Positions 54,741 to 69,039 of a stretch of DNA of 124,000 nucleotides are shown here, one piece after another (within the stretch, counting starts at the first letter, position 1; each line of letters starts with the position of its first letter). Both the position numbers and the translations under genes were made by a program. The notes beneath the pieces were generated by a model. That model saw nothing but the letters and a program-made list of their open reading frames with translations, searched no databases and was not told the origin of the DNA. This stretch comes from Octopus vulgaris. Lineage: Eukaryota. Location of the stretch: the NCBI GenBank assembly GCA_951406725.2, contig OX597818.1, positions 27,920,001-28,044,000 of the forward strand, written 5' to 3'.

Positions 54741-56917
54741 TATACTTGTTTCCATTACTATTCTTTTTTTTCTACAAAATGCCTACTTATATATATGTAC
54801 GCATGAGTATGTATGTGTATGTATATGTATGTTTCTCTCACTCTTTCTCCTTCTGTCACTATATATATATTTATACTCACGTACACATAAGTATACACAT
54901 GATAAAGGGGTAGGTATGTACATATATGTAGACATGCACATAGGAGACACACAGACAACTACCATTACATACAGTCCGTGCACTTATATATATGCACATA
55001 TATATTTGCAGATATATACATTTACACACACAATATAGATATACATACGCACACATACATATACACATATTTAAATAGACACAGGTGTATAAAAAAACAC
55101 AGAGATAGCTGCCTCTACATGTTACCAGTGAAAAACTGTGCATGTATGTATAAAACATTAATGTATACCAAATGCAGTGATTGTACATGTACCTAAATAA
55201 ATAACAAAATACATCTAATTTATGAGTACAAAACTCTAGACACAATCCTAGATATAGAACTTAATCATTATAGTACAAACTGAAGGCATTGCAAGACCAA
55301 CTCACCAATTACCTTGCATCCCAACACTTTTCATTCAGCTTTTCCCTAACAATATTATGTTATATAATTTTATTTTATTTTATTATTCACTTTTCTCTGG
55401 TTTCATATGCCAAACCTCCATAGATTCTGATGTATCATTCCATGATTGATCTAATCAATGGCCTTTGCAAAATTGATATATATCACATTCACTGATGAGT
55501 GATTCTTTGTTTCAACACCCAGTTATAATGCTGCAAAAGCTGTGTAATGCAACTTCTTCTTGAGTGGAAGCCATGCTAGGTGTCAGGGAGCAATTCATTA
55601 TCTTCAAGGAATGTGATCAATTTCCTCTTGACAATGCGTTCCATGAGATGGACATAAGAGATGTTGGCGGTCGGTGGTCAGGCCAAGAAAGAAAGATATA
55701 TATATATGGCAGAGGAGTGGCTGTGTGGTAAGAAGCTTGCTTCTTACCACATGGTTCCAGGATCAGACCCACTGCATAGTACCTTGGGCAAGTGTCTTCT
55801 ACTATAGCCTTGGGCCGACAAAAGCCTTGTGAGTAGATTTGGTAGATGGAAACTGAAAGAAGCCTGTAACATATATATATATATATGTATGTATATGTAT
55901 GTATGTATTTGTTATTTGTACTTGACAACCAATGTTGGTGTGTTTACATTCCCATTACTTAGTAGTTTGGCAAAAAGAAACCGATTGAATAAGTCCTAGG
56001 CTTACAAAGAATAAGTCCTGGGGAAGATTTGTTCAACTAAAGGCAGTGCTCCAGTATGGCACAATCAAATGACTGAAACAAGTAAAAGCAAAGAATACTC
56101 AGTAATCTCTTACCATATCGTGGTTTATTTAAGATTACGTTGTTTCCTCCTTGGTGTTGTTTTGCATAAATAAATATACACAAAAAAAGTAATAAAAAAT
56201 ATACAGTACAATACTGTTTCTACTTCATGGATTTTTACCTATCATAGAGGATTTGGAATATAACATCTGTGATAGTCAAGGGATTACTGTATATATATAC
56301 ACACACACACACATATGTATGTATATATAATGCAAGGGAGATGATAATTTGAGAGTAGTTCCTCCTGTTGGGCATATTTGTTTGTTTGCTCTAAATCCAT
56401 GTGTGATCTCATGTGATTTTACTGTTTTCATTCAAGCAGCCACATTCCATGTGACAGACTTGGTAATAGCTAAGAGATACCTGTCTTACCATAAAACCAT
56501 TGGTAACCAGGTTAACCTACAATTAAAAACTATCCACCAATGCAGTGTGAAGCACTCATTCTCCTTGTGCAATATTAACATATGTATGTATGTATGTATG
56601 TATATATATATATATATAGGTGTGTAACTGTTGAATGTGGATTTGTCCTTTAATTTGGAGGTTTCCAAAAATGATTTCTGATGTTGGTTCTTCATACGTT
56701 GCTGGGAGTTTACAGGTGTAAATTTGCAAAGATATGAAAGTAGTACTTGTATATAATATATGGTGAATTTATGGAATGAAGTTCCATAAAATTCATTAAT
56801 TTAGTTAAAAACAGAGGAGACAAGTTGTTAAAATATATGTTTAATCCTTGAAGATGATCATTTCGAACAGAGACATAATAATAATGATGATGATGGTGAT
56901 GGTGATGATGGTGGTGG

Positions 56918-56997
<80 letters not shown>

Positions 56998-58046
56998 TAA
57001 ATTCATGATTGGATAAAATAAAATTAATTACGTATCAACATACTCTTCAGTGCAGGAAGTAAAAACCATAATACGAAGAACTTGAGAAGGAATATAGTAG
57101 AAAAATTGAATCTAGGAGATTCATACTTTTATCTGTGTGGAAAAGAGATGTGAGTCATGTCAGATATATAACTAACAGCTACAACAGATATTTGAAGATA
57201 TAAGTAAAGAGGTATCATAGATGTTCCCTCTATAGATGAGTATGGAAATTAGAGATTTAAACTCCAAATAAGTAGCATAGGGCAAATATGTATCAGAGGT
57301 GTCCAATTGAATGACACTCCTAGGTTTGAATTAAAAGATGAGCTAATCGTTGAAATCATTACATAGTATAATGTATTTTTTAAAATATTTCTATACATAT
57401 GAATGATGTTTGTGCAATATTGATGGAATATTTTCCACATAACACAAATCATGTAGCACTCCCAGCGGCATTGGAGAGAGTAGAGATAGATTTTTTTTTT
57501 TGTTGACCCCAATAATCAATGCTTTTCATGCTGTCTATCTTTCTTGTTATTGACCTTTGGAGTGCTTCTACTTTCATAATGAGTTATTTCGTATGGGAGG
57601 ACCACACTGGGCAACAGTATTCAAGGTGGGGTTGGGCAAAAGTAGAGTAGAGAAAGATGATGAATGTAGGCATCTCTAGACCAGAAAGTTCTCAGAATCC
57701 AGGAGTACATCTTGTGGGCCAAGTCAACTTTGCTGTTTACGTGGGAACTACAGCTTAGATTGTTATCAACAATTACTCCAAGGTCTCTGGTGTTGTTGGA
57801 TGACACTGGGGAGTCGCCTGAGGGAAGAGCATATGGTAATTTCAGAGTTTCCTCTTTTCCAAAGTGGATCAAATCAAACTTATCTTCCTTTAAAAGCATA
57901 TTGCTTTTTTTCCCACCCATTGGACAATAGCAAACAGATCTGACTGAAGGCATGTTCAGTCTCACATGCCGTTTATGGCTTTCTGGAGTTGGGAATCATC
58001 TGCAATGATCTTCAATGTAGAATGTTTGATGACATCTACAGTATAA

Positions 58047-58086
<40 letters not shown>

Positions 58087-58189
58087 TCATTATCATCATC
58101 GTTTTCCATACCGGCATGGGTTGGGCAGTTTGACTGGGGACTGGCATATATATATATATATATAATTATAACATGAAAACCTACAGACC

Positions 58190-60280
58190 CCCCCCCTTTC
58201 AATCCTGCACTATTGAAGCTGGAGAAATACCTCATTAACCTGGTGAAAAAACTTAAATTCTCTTGAACCACAAACCACATCCAAAAGAAAATAACTGACA
58301 TTATTTCTCAAATTAAAAATTCTGATAACATACATGTTCTCTCTCATAAAATGGGAAAACTATATTCACTACCTACTGACGCCTATAATAACTTTATTTT
58401 GAAGGAATTGATCTCTAAATATAAAATAGTGGCTAGTAATAGATTGAATGAAATTAATAAGAAACATTTCGATTTAATTAAAGAGCTAAAACTACTAGAT
58501 AGAATTGAACCCTATGCCCCTAAAATCCCACACTTCACCTTTAAGGACCACAAAGCCAACTTCGAGAGCAAACCAACTGTTAGACTAATCTGCCCAACCA
58601 AACTGGATCTGGACAGAGTTAGTAAATCTATCATCAATAGAATTATCCCTCATATTAAAAGGAACATGAACCTCCCACTTTGGGTATTCACGGGAGATGT
58701 CATAACTTGGTTCTGCTCTTCAAATAACAAAAAGAAAACCTGCTTTATTCAATTTGACATTAGTAATTACTACCAGTCCATTAAACCTGATTTACTAGAC
58801 AAAAGGGATCTTTTCGGTTTGAACGGCAGTTTTTAACATTATTTCTAGGTAACTAAAAAATTTTAAACTTCGTATACTGGTAGAATGTGTTTATAAAACA
58901 TCTTTTTCTCTTGGCTTTATTGAGAAAATTCTATAGTTTGTAAGATATTTGTTGTTTTTTCCTTCAATTTCTGCAATTTCAACCAATCAATGACGTCTAT
59001 TGAGATAAAAAAAACATTCTGTGCAGTATGAATATGTCCCTCGTTTAAGAAACAGATTGGGTTTATTTACATTTGAGAAGAAAAAAAGATACCCTTCACC
59101 CCACCCCTAACCCTAACCCTAACTAACCCTAAAACAGATTGAAATGCAATAGATCGATACTAGGGTCATAATTATGGGTGACAATTTCATATGACACTGC
59201 TAGAAAAAACTGCAATTCAAACCAAAAAGATCCGACAAAAGTATTAAATTTGTAAAGAAATTTACTAGTATCATGCCTTTGGAGAAAAATATCATATTTA
59301 CCACAAGGAAAATACTGATATCCTTCAAAAATAGAACATGCCCCCAATCTGACCTTCACGATGACTTTGATGTTACAATGGGAAGTTTGGATTCTGCCCA
59401 GGTCACAGATATTGCTGGACTATTTCTAATCTCTAAAATTAGGGAAAAACTCCCTAATATTAGTGGAGGCCTATATAGAGATGATGCCTTAGTTGCCATA
59501 TCTGAATCCTCTGCACAATCAACTGATAGAATTAGGAAAAAGTTTGTGAAATTTATTAAATTATACAAATTAGATATCATATTTGAAAATGTCTCTAAAT
59601 GTGTTAACATATTGGATGTAACATTAAATTTGGAAAGCCTAACAAAACTATTAAGTATATCCACACCTTATCAATCATCCCCAAAGTGTCATTAAGGGAA
59701 TAATTAGAGGTGTGTCAATAAGAATATCTAATTTATCTGCAAATGAAAATATGTTTAACAAGTTAGCACCCCTTTATAATACAGCATTAAAAGACTGATT
59801 TTAACAGTAAAATATACTATATTAGGCAAACAGTTTCCAAATATTACAAATTCTAACATTGACACACATCCTATAAACAACCCACCGAATATAGAAACCA
59901 ACAACACTTTAGAAGACACTATAGATTTTTCAAGTATAGCAATAACGATATGGAGCAGAATAGGAACCATTCTGGGAGGAAACGAAAAATTGTATGGTTT
60001 ACACCCCACTTCTCCCTCCAGATAAGAAACCTCTCTAACTTACTTTTTAAGCATTATCGATAGGAACTTCCCACCTGGCCATAGATACAATTCTATGTTT
60101 AATAGATTGTGTCTTAAATTATCTTATTCTACCACAAACAATCTTGGATCTATCATCACAGCCAATAATAGACTTAAACTTAGAAGTAATGAAACCAATA
60201 GAGATAACCTAGCTGACCCCAACACGAAGAACAATAATAAGGACTTGGATATTAAAAACAAATAAATATGTATATATAAA
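58190..60280 (+). mobile_element. Penelope-like element RT remnant, interrupted at about 58806-59115
   Basis: KPTVRLICPTK, FIQFDISNYYQSI, FDVTMGSLDSAQVTDIAGLFL, GGLYRDDAL. Confidence 0.88.
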
Positions 60281-61070
60281 TGTATATGTAAAAAGGTTGA
60301 ATTAGATTCATCCTTTAATTTGGAGGTCTCAAAAAAAGATTTCTAATATAGATTCTTCATATTTTTGCTAGTAGCTTACTGGTGTAAAATTGTGAATATG
60401 AAAATAATACTTGTCTGTGGTGTGTTGTGAATTTATGGAAAGAAATCCCATAAAACTCAACAATTTTGATAAAATGAAGAAGAGAAGGTGTTAAAATACA
60501 TAAGAGAATTTTAAAATACTCTTATATATTTTAACACCTTCCCTTCTCCACTTTGGGTCTTCAGAGAGGAAGGACTAAGTAATATCCTTCATAAAGGATA
60601 TTAATATTTACCAATTCTATCATCAAAGAATTAAAGAGTATCTTTAATGAAAGATATTAGTAGTTGCCAGTTTGATCATTGAAGACAGAATGAGGTAGAT
60701 TTATAGTGGAAGGCTTATGGGGAATACAGGACAGTATCAAAGAAAGAGAGTCATGAATACTAAGGAGTAGATAGAGACTATTCTGGTATGGTGAAGGCAT
60801 ATTATTTACATTATTTTCATTTGACAGATATTTGTCCTCATCTTGTTTGTTGTTAACACGTTTTGGCTGATATACCCTCCAGCTTTCATCAGGTGTCTTG
60901 GGGAAATTTCGAACCTGGGTTCTCATTCCTAAGGTATTTTTCGATGTTGTTGTTGTTGTTGTTATTATCATTATTATTATTATTTAGGTCACTACTTGGA
61001 ATTGAACTCGGAATCTTGGGGTTAGTAGCCTGCGCTCTTAACCACTATGCCATATGCCCATGAGCAGTGA

Positions 61071-61111
<41 letters not shown>

Positions 61112-61457
61112 GCATCGAAAAATACCTTAGGAATGAGAACCCAAGTTCAAAATTTCCCCAAGACACCTGATGAAGGCTGGAGGGTATATCAGCCGAAACA
61201 TGTTAACAACAAACAAGATGAGGACAAATATCCATCAAATGTAAATAATTCCTCATCTCTTAAATATAGAACTGTGAAAGCATATTGTTTTTGTTTTCTT
61301 TTTGTTTTAGTCACAGTTCAAGTTAGAAGTTTAGTAGTAAACTAGCCCAAGCACTTATTGTACATACCTATTACAAACACACACACATGAAATGCTAGAA
61401 ATCATTTACTACACACTGAAATAATAAATTTTTCATTTTCCATTTCTTTTCTTAAAG

Positions 61458-61499
61458 GCACTGAAGATTATTATGCAAGTATTTCAGAAACACTTGACA
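61458..61499 (+). CDS. Cytoplasmic cassette exon B0 (TEDYYASISETLD)
   Basis: cttaaag acceptor shared with other B exons, gtaagt donor, 42 nt, phase 1-1. Confidence 0.8.
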
Positions 61500-61806
61500 G
61501 TAAGTATAATTAACACCAAATAATAAATAGCTTTATATTTGATATTGGTTTTAAAATTACTAACCTTCTACCATGAACATTGGTAGAAGGTTAGTAATTT
61601 CAGGGGAGAGGAAATTCAATTTCATCGACTCCATTACTCAACCTGTACTTTTTTTAAAACCCTGGAGGAGTGAAAGGCCAAGTTGACCTGAGCAGAATTT
61701 GAACTCAGAACATGAAGACAGACAAAATGCTGCTAAACATTTTGCCTGGCATGCTAAAGCTTCTGGCAGCCTGCCTCCTTAGTTTTATATTTGATATTAT
61801 TTTATA

Positions 61807-62168
<362 letters not shown>

Positions 62169-65100
62169 ACTTTCCAAGGAGTTTCTATAAGTCAGAAAAG
62201 AAGAGCATAATTGTATATTTTGTATTCCGTGTTACTAATTTTGTCTTATAATAGCCAGTTTGTGTTACTCAATAATTTCACAACAAAATTTCTACATTAA
62301 AACGAATAATTTAATACTCATTACACATTAGACATGGAAAAGTATAGCTTGTGATCTTTCCAACTGAATATTTAAATAACAATATCTGTCAAAGTGTTAT
62401 AGAGATGTTGGGAAAAAAAAAAATCAAAGCATGATGGAAATCACACAGTCAAAAAGCAAATTTAGCCTTCAGCCACATTAGAATTATATTCCTTGGACTG
62501 ATCTTTTTAGGCATTGCCCCGTAGGCTAGCTTCAATTGTGTATGGAAGTGTGAAGTGGGGAGCAATGTTGTGATATAGAGTGTAGGGGAGAGGGAATGTG
62601 GCATTATCTCCACATGAGCAACCTGCTCCTGTGTTTGGTTTGGATTGCTTTACTAAAATTTGCTTTTTGTTTGTGTACAACTTAAAGAAACCCTCAACGT
62701 GTGTGTGTTGAAAATTTTTCTGTGCTTATGCATCTGTGGAAAATTTTCATTAATCTAATGAAGACATGAGTCAGGCTATCCTGATGCTATCCTTGAAACT
62801 GTTAGTAATCAAGGCTTCGTTATAATATAGGACTGCCTTGTCAAAGATCTTACAGGAAATTGTGATGAAGATCCTTCTGCAAACACCCTTCATATGGTTT
62901 TTGTTAACTATGGCTGGGTGGCAGGAAGTTGTGTTAATATAAGTCAGTTTTGTAGTTGCTTTCTGGAAGAGTTCAAGAGAATTTGTCCAGGTGTAATGTC
63001 ACACCTAGGAAATTAATTATTTTCAAATTTGTCTCTATAGTAATTTTGAGCTCAAGGGAATTAAGAGCAGGGAAAAGTCTTTCCTGAACCTATTGAAGTT
63101 GTGTCCATTTGCCCCTTTTCATAACACCAAAGCATCAGCCCTCTATAGACCAAAGGGGATTTTCTTGTGTGTCTAGAATCAATAAGCTCACATATGTTAT
63201 CACTGTCAGAGGCTCTCACCACCATATCGAATGAACCTTCTGAGTCAGTTTGCTTGACCTCTGCTCAACTTTTATTGAAATAAAAGATTTTCCTGGCATG
63301 CATAATTTTACATTGGTCTAAGGCCTCACCTTGGTTCTACAAAAGAATCATGTATATACCATTATACAATATATGTTACATGTTCATTCATGGAAATAAC
63401 AAAAGAGACTGATTTTAAAATAACTGTGGGACTTTATTCTTTTGCATTAACTGAATCGGGGGGGGGGGTCCAGGATTTTTTTTTTGCGTTGCCCCAAAAG
63501 TTTCAAAAAAATACTATATAAGGGTAGAAATCGTAATTCGTAATGAATGGACACATTTTTATGCATTCTAACTTTGTTGTAGCAGACCATATGCATATGA
63601 AACAGTAATGCTGTGAATAAAATCATGATGTTATTATATTTGCAACAGTGCAGTGAGTGTTGATTTACCTAAGGAAAGTAGTGGCAAACTAGAAATGTAG
63701 TCTACGGAATAAGATGCGTAGAAGGTGCTTATAAAGACATGAACATGACATGTATAGGGAAGACATCTAGGAGCATTGTATAAAGACTAAATGAACATTT
63801 GAGACAATATGATGACAAAAAATAGTCCTCCATACTCCACCAACATGTCAAGGACCAACATAGAGGCAACCTAGATCAACTTGACAGCTGCATTTTATCC
63901 AAGCACCTGAAGGACCCAACACTCAGACAAATACAGGAGTACGTTCTCATAAATGAAACATCCCCTGTACTAAATAGGAAATATACGTAGTAGATAATCA
64001 TACCCCTATACCTACAGTTTATATTTATATACAGGTAGTTAGTGGGCTGTTATGTAGATGTATGTATGTGTGTGTGTGTATGCACATGTATGTAGGTAAA
64101 TGGATATGAAAGTAAACAGATAGACATACTGACGGATAGGTACATAGGTAATATGAACAGACAAGCACACATACACACACATACGCAAATGAAGACTGAA
64201 ATGCACGACCTTATACACACACACACACACTTCACTTCACACAAGGACACATATGGAGACACACGTTCACACATATGGAGATAGACATCCATACATAGAG
64301 ACACAGTACATAGTCACAAAAACCCAAGCAGACACACACATACACACTCAGACATGCACACACAAGGAGACAGAGGTACACACACACACACAGACAAAAC
64401 ACAAACGCCAAAACACACCCACCCAAACATATGAATATGTAGAATACATTCAAACGTACACACATACATGTATACATGTACACACATATACATACATGCA
64501 TACACACACTTACATGCATACATACATACATACATACATACATACATACATACGTACATACATACATACATACATACATACATACATACACACATACATA
64601 TACATAAATGTGTAATGGTGTCTGTCTGTGTGTGTGTGTTTGGGGTTACTCTAACTCCTCCCACACCGTCCAACCGATTTTAATGATCTTGGCACATAGG
64701 TAGATCACCCTAACCTCTTCTACTCCAACCCACCTCTAAAATGGGGTAGCCATATATTTCCTCTATAGAAAGACACCAGTGCTTGTTTCTCTATTATATT
64801 TTAGCCTTTTAATACCTGAAGCACCCACTACACTCTCGGAGTAGTTGGCGTTAGGAAGGGCATCCAGCTGTAGAAACTCTGCCAGATCAAGATTGGAGCC
64901 TGGTGCAGCCATCTGGTTCGCCAGTCCTCAGTCAAAATCATCCAACCCATGCTAGCATGGAAAGTGGACGTTAAACAATGATGATGATGATGATGGTGAT
65001 GAAATCAAGCTACACCTCAAATACTCTCTACTTAGTAGCGAGAGATTTTACTTTTTCATTTTTTCCATGTTCTTTTTCTGTCTTGCAAGTTAACCAGCTA

Positions 65101-65448
65101 ACTCAATAGTGTCAGTGACATGATTAAAAAAAAAAAGACATACAGTATACTCTGAAAAGTAGCTGGTGTTGGGAATGACATCCAACTGCAGAAACTATGC
65201 AAGAGCTGAATTCGGAGCTTGCCAGATCCAACCAAACCATCTATCTCATGTTTGGCATGAAAAGTGAACATTAACTAATGATGGTGAAACAAAAACGTTA
65301 CATGAACAAAAAATTAGCATATTTTCCAAATATAATTTGGAAATATGATTGTAGAATCTATTTTTATCCTAGAAATAGTTTGTTTTAGATATTATGCACC
65401 ACACACACAAGCAATAAATATATTCATTTTTCATTTTCTTTTATGAAG

Positions 65449-65490
65449 ATGTGGATGGCGGTTATGCTACTATTTTGTCTGAACCAAGCA
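65449..65490 (+). CDS. Cytoplasmic cassette exon A0 (VDGGYATILSEPS)
   Basis: caataaata...tgaag acceptor context shared with A exons, gtaagt donor, 42 nt, phase 1-1. Confidence 0.8.
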
Positions 65491-66248
65491 GTAAGTATAA
65501 TAAATACAATTAATAAATAGCATTATATTTCATATCATTTTCAAAATTATATATACACACATTAGCTGAAATACCCAACATTGCCTGACTCAGAAAATTA
65601 ACAGTAACATTGCAAAGCTCTTTATATAACTTTTTGTAAATATTTTCAAAGAAAAAAAATCACTCAAGGAAATTTCAGACTAAGAACACTTTGTAGACCT
65701 TTTAATTTTTATTTTTTTAAGGCTATAGTTTGATTTCTATATTCCAAACATACGCAAATTCAATTCTATAAAAATTTGTACACAAATTAAAATTTTTTTA
65801 ATCCCTTTTCTATTTCAGTTTAAACTAACCCTTACCCTAACTAAAAATTGTAATCCTAAATGCTAACACGAAACCCTAACGCTAAATTCTAAACCTCAGC
65901 TCTTACCTTAAAACTAATCCTAATTTTATCCCTAAAATATAAACTACAATACTAACCCTAATATTAAATCCTAAACCCAATCCCCAACGCTAGCCTTAAT
66001 TTTTGTATGGAATCATGATCTCCTATGTTTGAAACATATACTTCTAAAAAAAATTATGTTAAAAACTGCCATTCAAACCGAAAAGATCCTAGGTTTCTTT
66101 CTATTTCCACCTACCAATACCTCAACAAGGATTTGGCCAGCCTGGGGCTATAGTAGAAGACATTTGCTCAAGCTGCCAAGTAGTAAAACTGAATCCAGAA
66201 CTTGATTTGTTAAGCAAACTCTAACTACACAGCCATGGCTGTACCCAT

Positions 66249-66285
<37 letters not shown>

Positions 66286-66476
66286 AGAGTTTATGAAAAA
66301 AACAAAAGTCGAAGACAGGTGGTGTACAAAACAAACAGATGTATTAGTATAATGCTCAGGAATAGAAAAAGTCTTTTATGTTTCGAGCCTACGCTCTTCT
66401 ACAGAAAGGGACACAGAAAAAACAAGGAGAGAAAAAAATGTGTGTAGTGGCTAACGATCTATCATGGCGACTAATA

Positions 66477-66526
<50 letters not shown>

Positions 66527-68257
66527 TATTAGGGAATAAATTATTATTCCAACCTTACAGGTAAAATTCAGTATAATAATATTATACCAAAATTCGTAAT
66601 AAATAATATATAATATATGTATATAACTAATTTAGAGATGAGCCACCATTTCACAACTCAGTCAGTAAAGGACCCATCCAAAACCATGCTGTGAGACATA
66701 TACTATAGAAAATCGAATATCATACATAGAAAACATTCATCATAAAAATATTAATCTAAAATCAATAAAGTATAAATTAAACAAAAAATTAATCTAAAAT
66801 ATAATGCATAAAAGTAAGTATTAATATATTGACTACGCACGTTTCATGCTGACTTAGGACTATAGAAAATCATATAAGAAACCTTATCCAAGTTCATTAG
66901 AACGGAAAAATGATATTACTCCCAAAATCAGTCACTCCTCAGGTCAAATTCCTAAAAAAACCTAAAACTAAAACTTTAACTTACCTCATGATATGATAAT
67001 GAATAAAAAATAATAAGATAATAAAATAATAAGAAAATAATAAGGAATAAAAAATATATATATATAAAGAAACAAAAACTATATGTAATCTCTAAGTTAA
67101 AGACATTAGTATTATTAAAAATTCCAATTGAGTATTATTGGGAACATGAGTAATTCATTATGGAGAATGTAAATAAATGTAAATACATGTTAGTGTATAA
67201 AGTTAATAAAAGAAATGTCGATATTGTTTAGAATAAATTTAAAATTAAAAAACATGACTTATCTGCCGGCAAATTACTGTAGATTAAAACTATTTTAATC
67301 TACAGAAATTCGCCAGCAGATAAGTCTTTGAAAAAATGAGTTGAGATGGCTTTTGCGGGGATAGTTTTTATTTTAATGATAATGTTTACAGTTACTCTAA
67401 TGAGTTTCTAGCTTTTCGATATCCATTTTCAAACTGAAATTCTGTGGTTTAGAAGGTTGCTTGTATAGAAAAAGGCTTTTATTTTTCTTACAAGTATACA
67501 AATAAAAAATAAAATTGCAGATAGAAAATAAAAAATAAGAAATATAAAAATCAACATAAAAAATAATAAAAGAATACACAATATAAATACATGTGTGAAA
67601 AAGAAGAAAGAAGAAAAGAAAAAAGAAAAAGGAAAAAGAAAAAGGTGGAGAAAGGGAAGCAAGAGGAAAGAGGAAAGTAAAGAGTAGTGTGTGTGTGTGT
67701 ATGTGTGCATGTGTACATGTATACACACATACGCATGTGCAAGCGCACATGCACACGTACACTAAGTAAAGCACAGTTATTCGCCACACACCCAAACTCT
67801 ACGCATACACACACATACACACACACATACTACAAACAAAACACACACACGATACATATACATACACGCACACACACACACATACTTCAAACTTGCAGTA
67901 CCTACTAGAGACAAAAGGAGCCACTCCCAATTCCTTCTTCCTTGACCTTAAACATTACTAGCCCTACAACACGCAAAGATTAACAGCCACAACCACACAC
68001 ATATACACACACGCACACACACACACACATGTTATCATTGCACTCATACACACATACACACACACGCACACGCAGACCTCCGCAAACGCACATATCCACA
68101 CTTACACACACATTCCTCCTCCTCTACCACTCTCCTGTCTTTGAAAGAACTTTTCTTCACCCATTTCCTTCCGGTCATTCAAAATGTGACCGCGTGTGTA
68201 CCACTGGCGATTTTTTTTCCCTCTGTCTTCCCTTCTCTGGATCTTTCCTTCTCCTAT

Positions 68258-68292
68258 GTTTCTGACGAAGAGCTCCGCTCGAAACGTTAAAC
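68258..68292 (+). ncRNA. Minimal type I hammerhead ribozyme
   Basis: GTTT-CTGACGA-AGAGC-tcc-GCTC-GAAA-CG-TT-AAAC; degenerate relatives near 118550 (+) and 66380 (-). Confidence 0.7.
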
Positions 68293-69039
68293 CCTCCTTC
68301 TTTCCTGAGCGTCCAATAATACTATATTTGTTCCACGTCCTCGCGTTGTGTTTTTTTGTGCTTTCTTGTTTGGATTAACTTCATATAAGTACTTATATAT
68401 ATATACAAGTGTGTGCATATGTGTGTGTGTATATATGTATGTATGCATGTATGTGTATATGTATATGTATGTATATGTGTATATGTATGTATATACATAT
68501 GTCTGTGTATGTATGCGTGTATATGTGTGGTTGTGTGTGTGTAGATATTTGTATACATATGTGCATGTATGTATGTGTATGTTTATATGTATGTATATAT
68601 ATATATATATGTGTATATATATGTGTGTATATATATATGTGTGTGTGTGTGCACATATACATAGATACACATGGAGACGTGTATGCATGTGTGTGTGTGT
68701 GGATGTATGTATACATGCATGTGTGGATGTATGTGTGTGTGTATATGATTGAGTAGGGGCACAGTGTACCAGCTGTGAGTGATGAATAAAATGACCTCAA
68801 ATCAAAAGATCATCAAAGGTCATCTTTTGACAAGAACTCAACATTTTTGACCACTCATAAAATATTCCATTTCTTTATTCCTGATAAAGTAATCTCTTCT
68901 CCCTACTATATTCTTCTTTTTGTCTTCCTCCTCTTACCCTTTACCTTCCTCCTTCCTTCCTCTTGTTTTTCTTCATGTTCTTTCTTTCCCCCTTTTTTCC
69001 CCCTTTTTCTTTTTTTCTTTTTTCACACATGCTCTTGTA

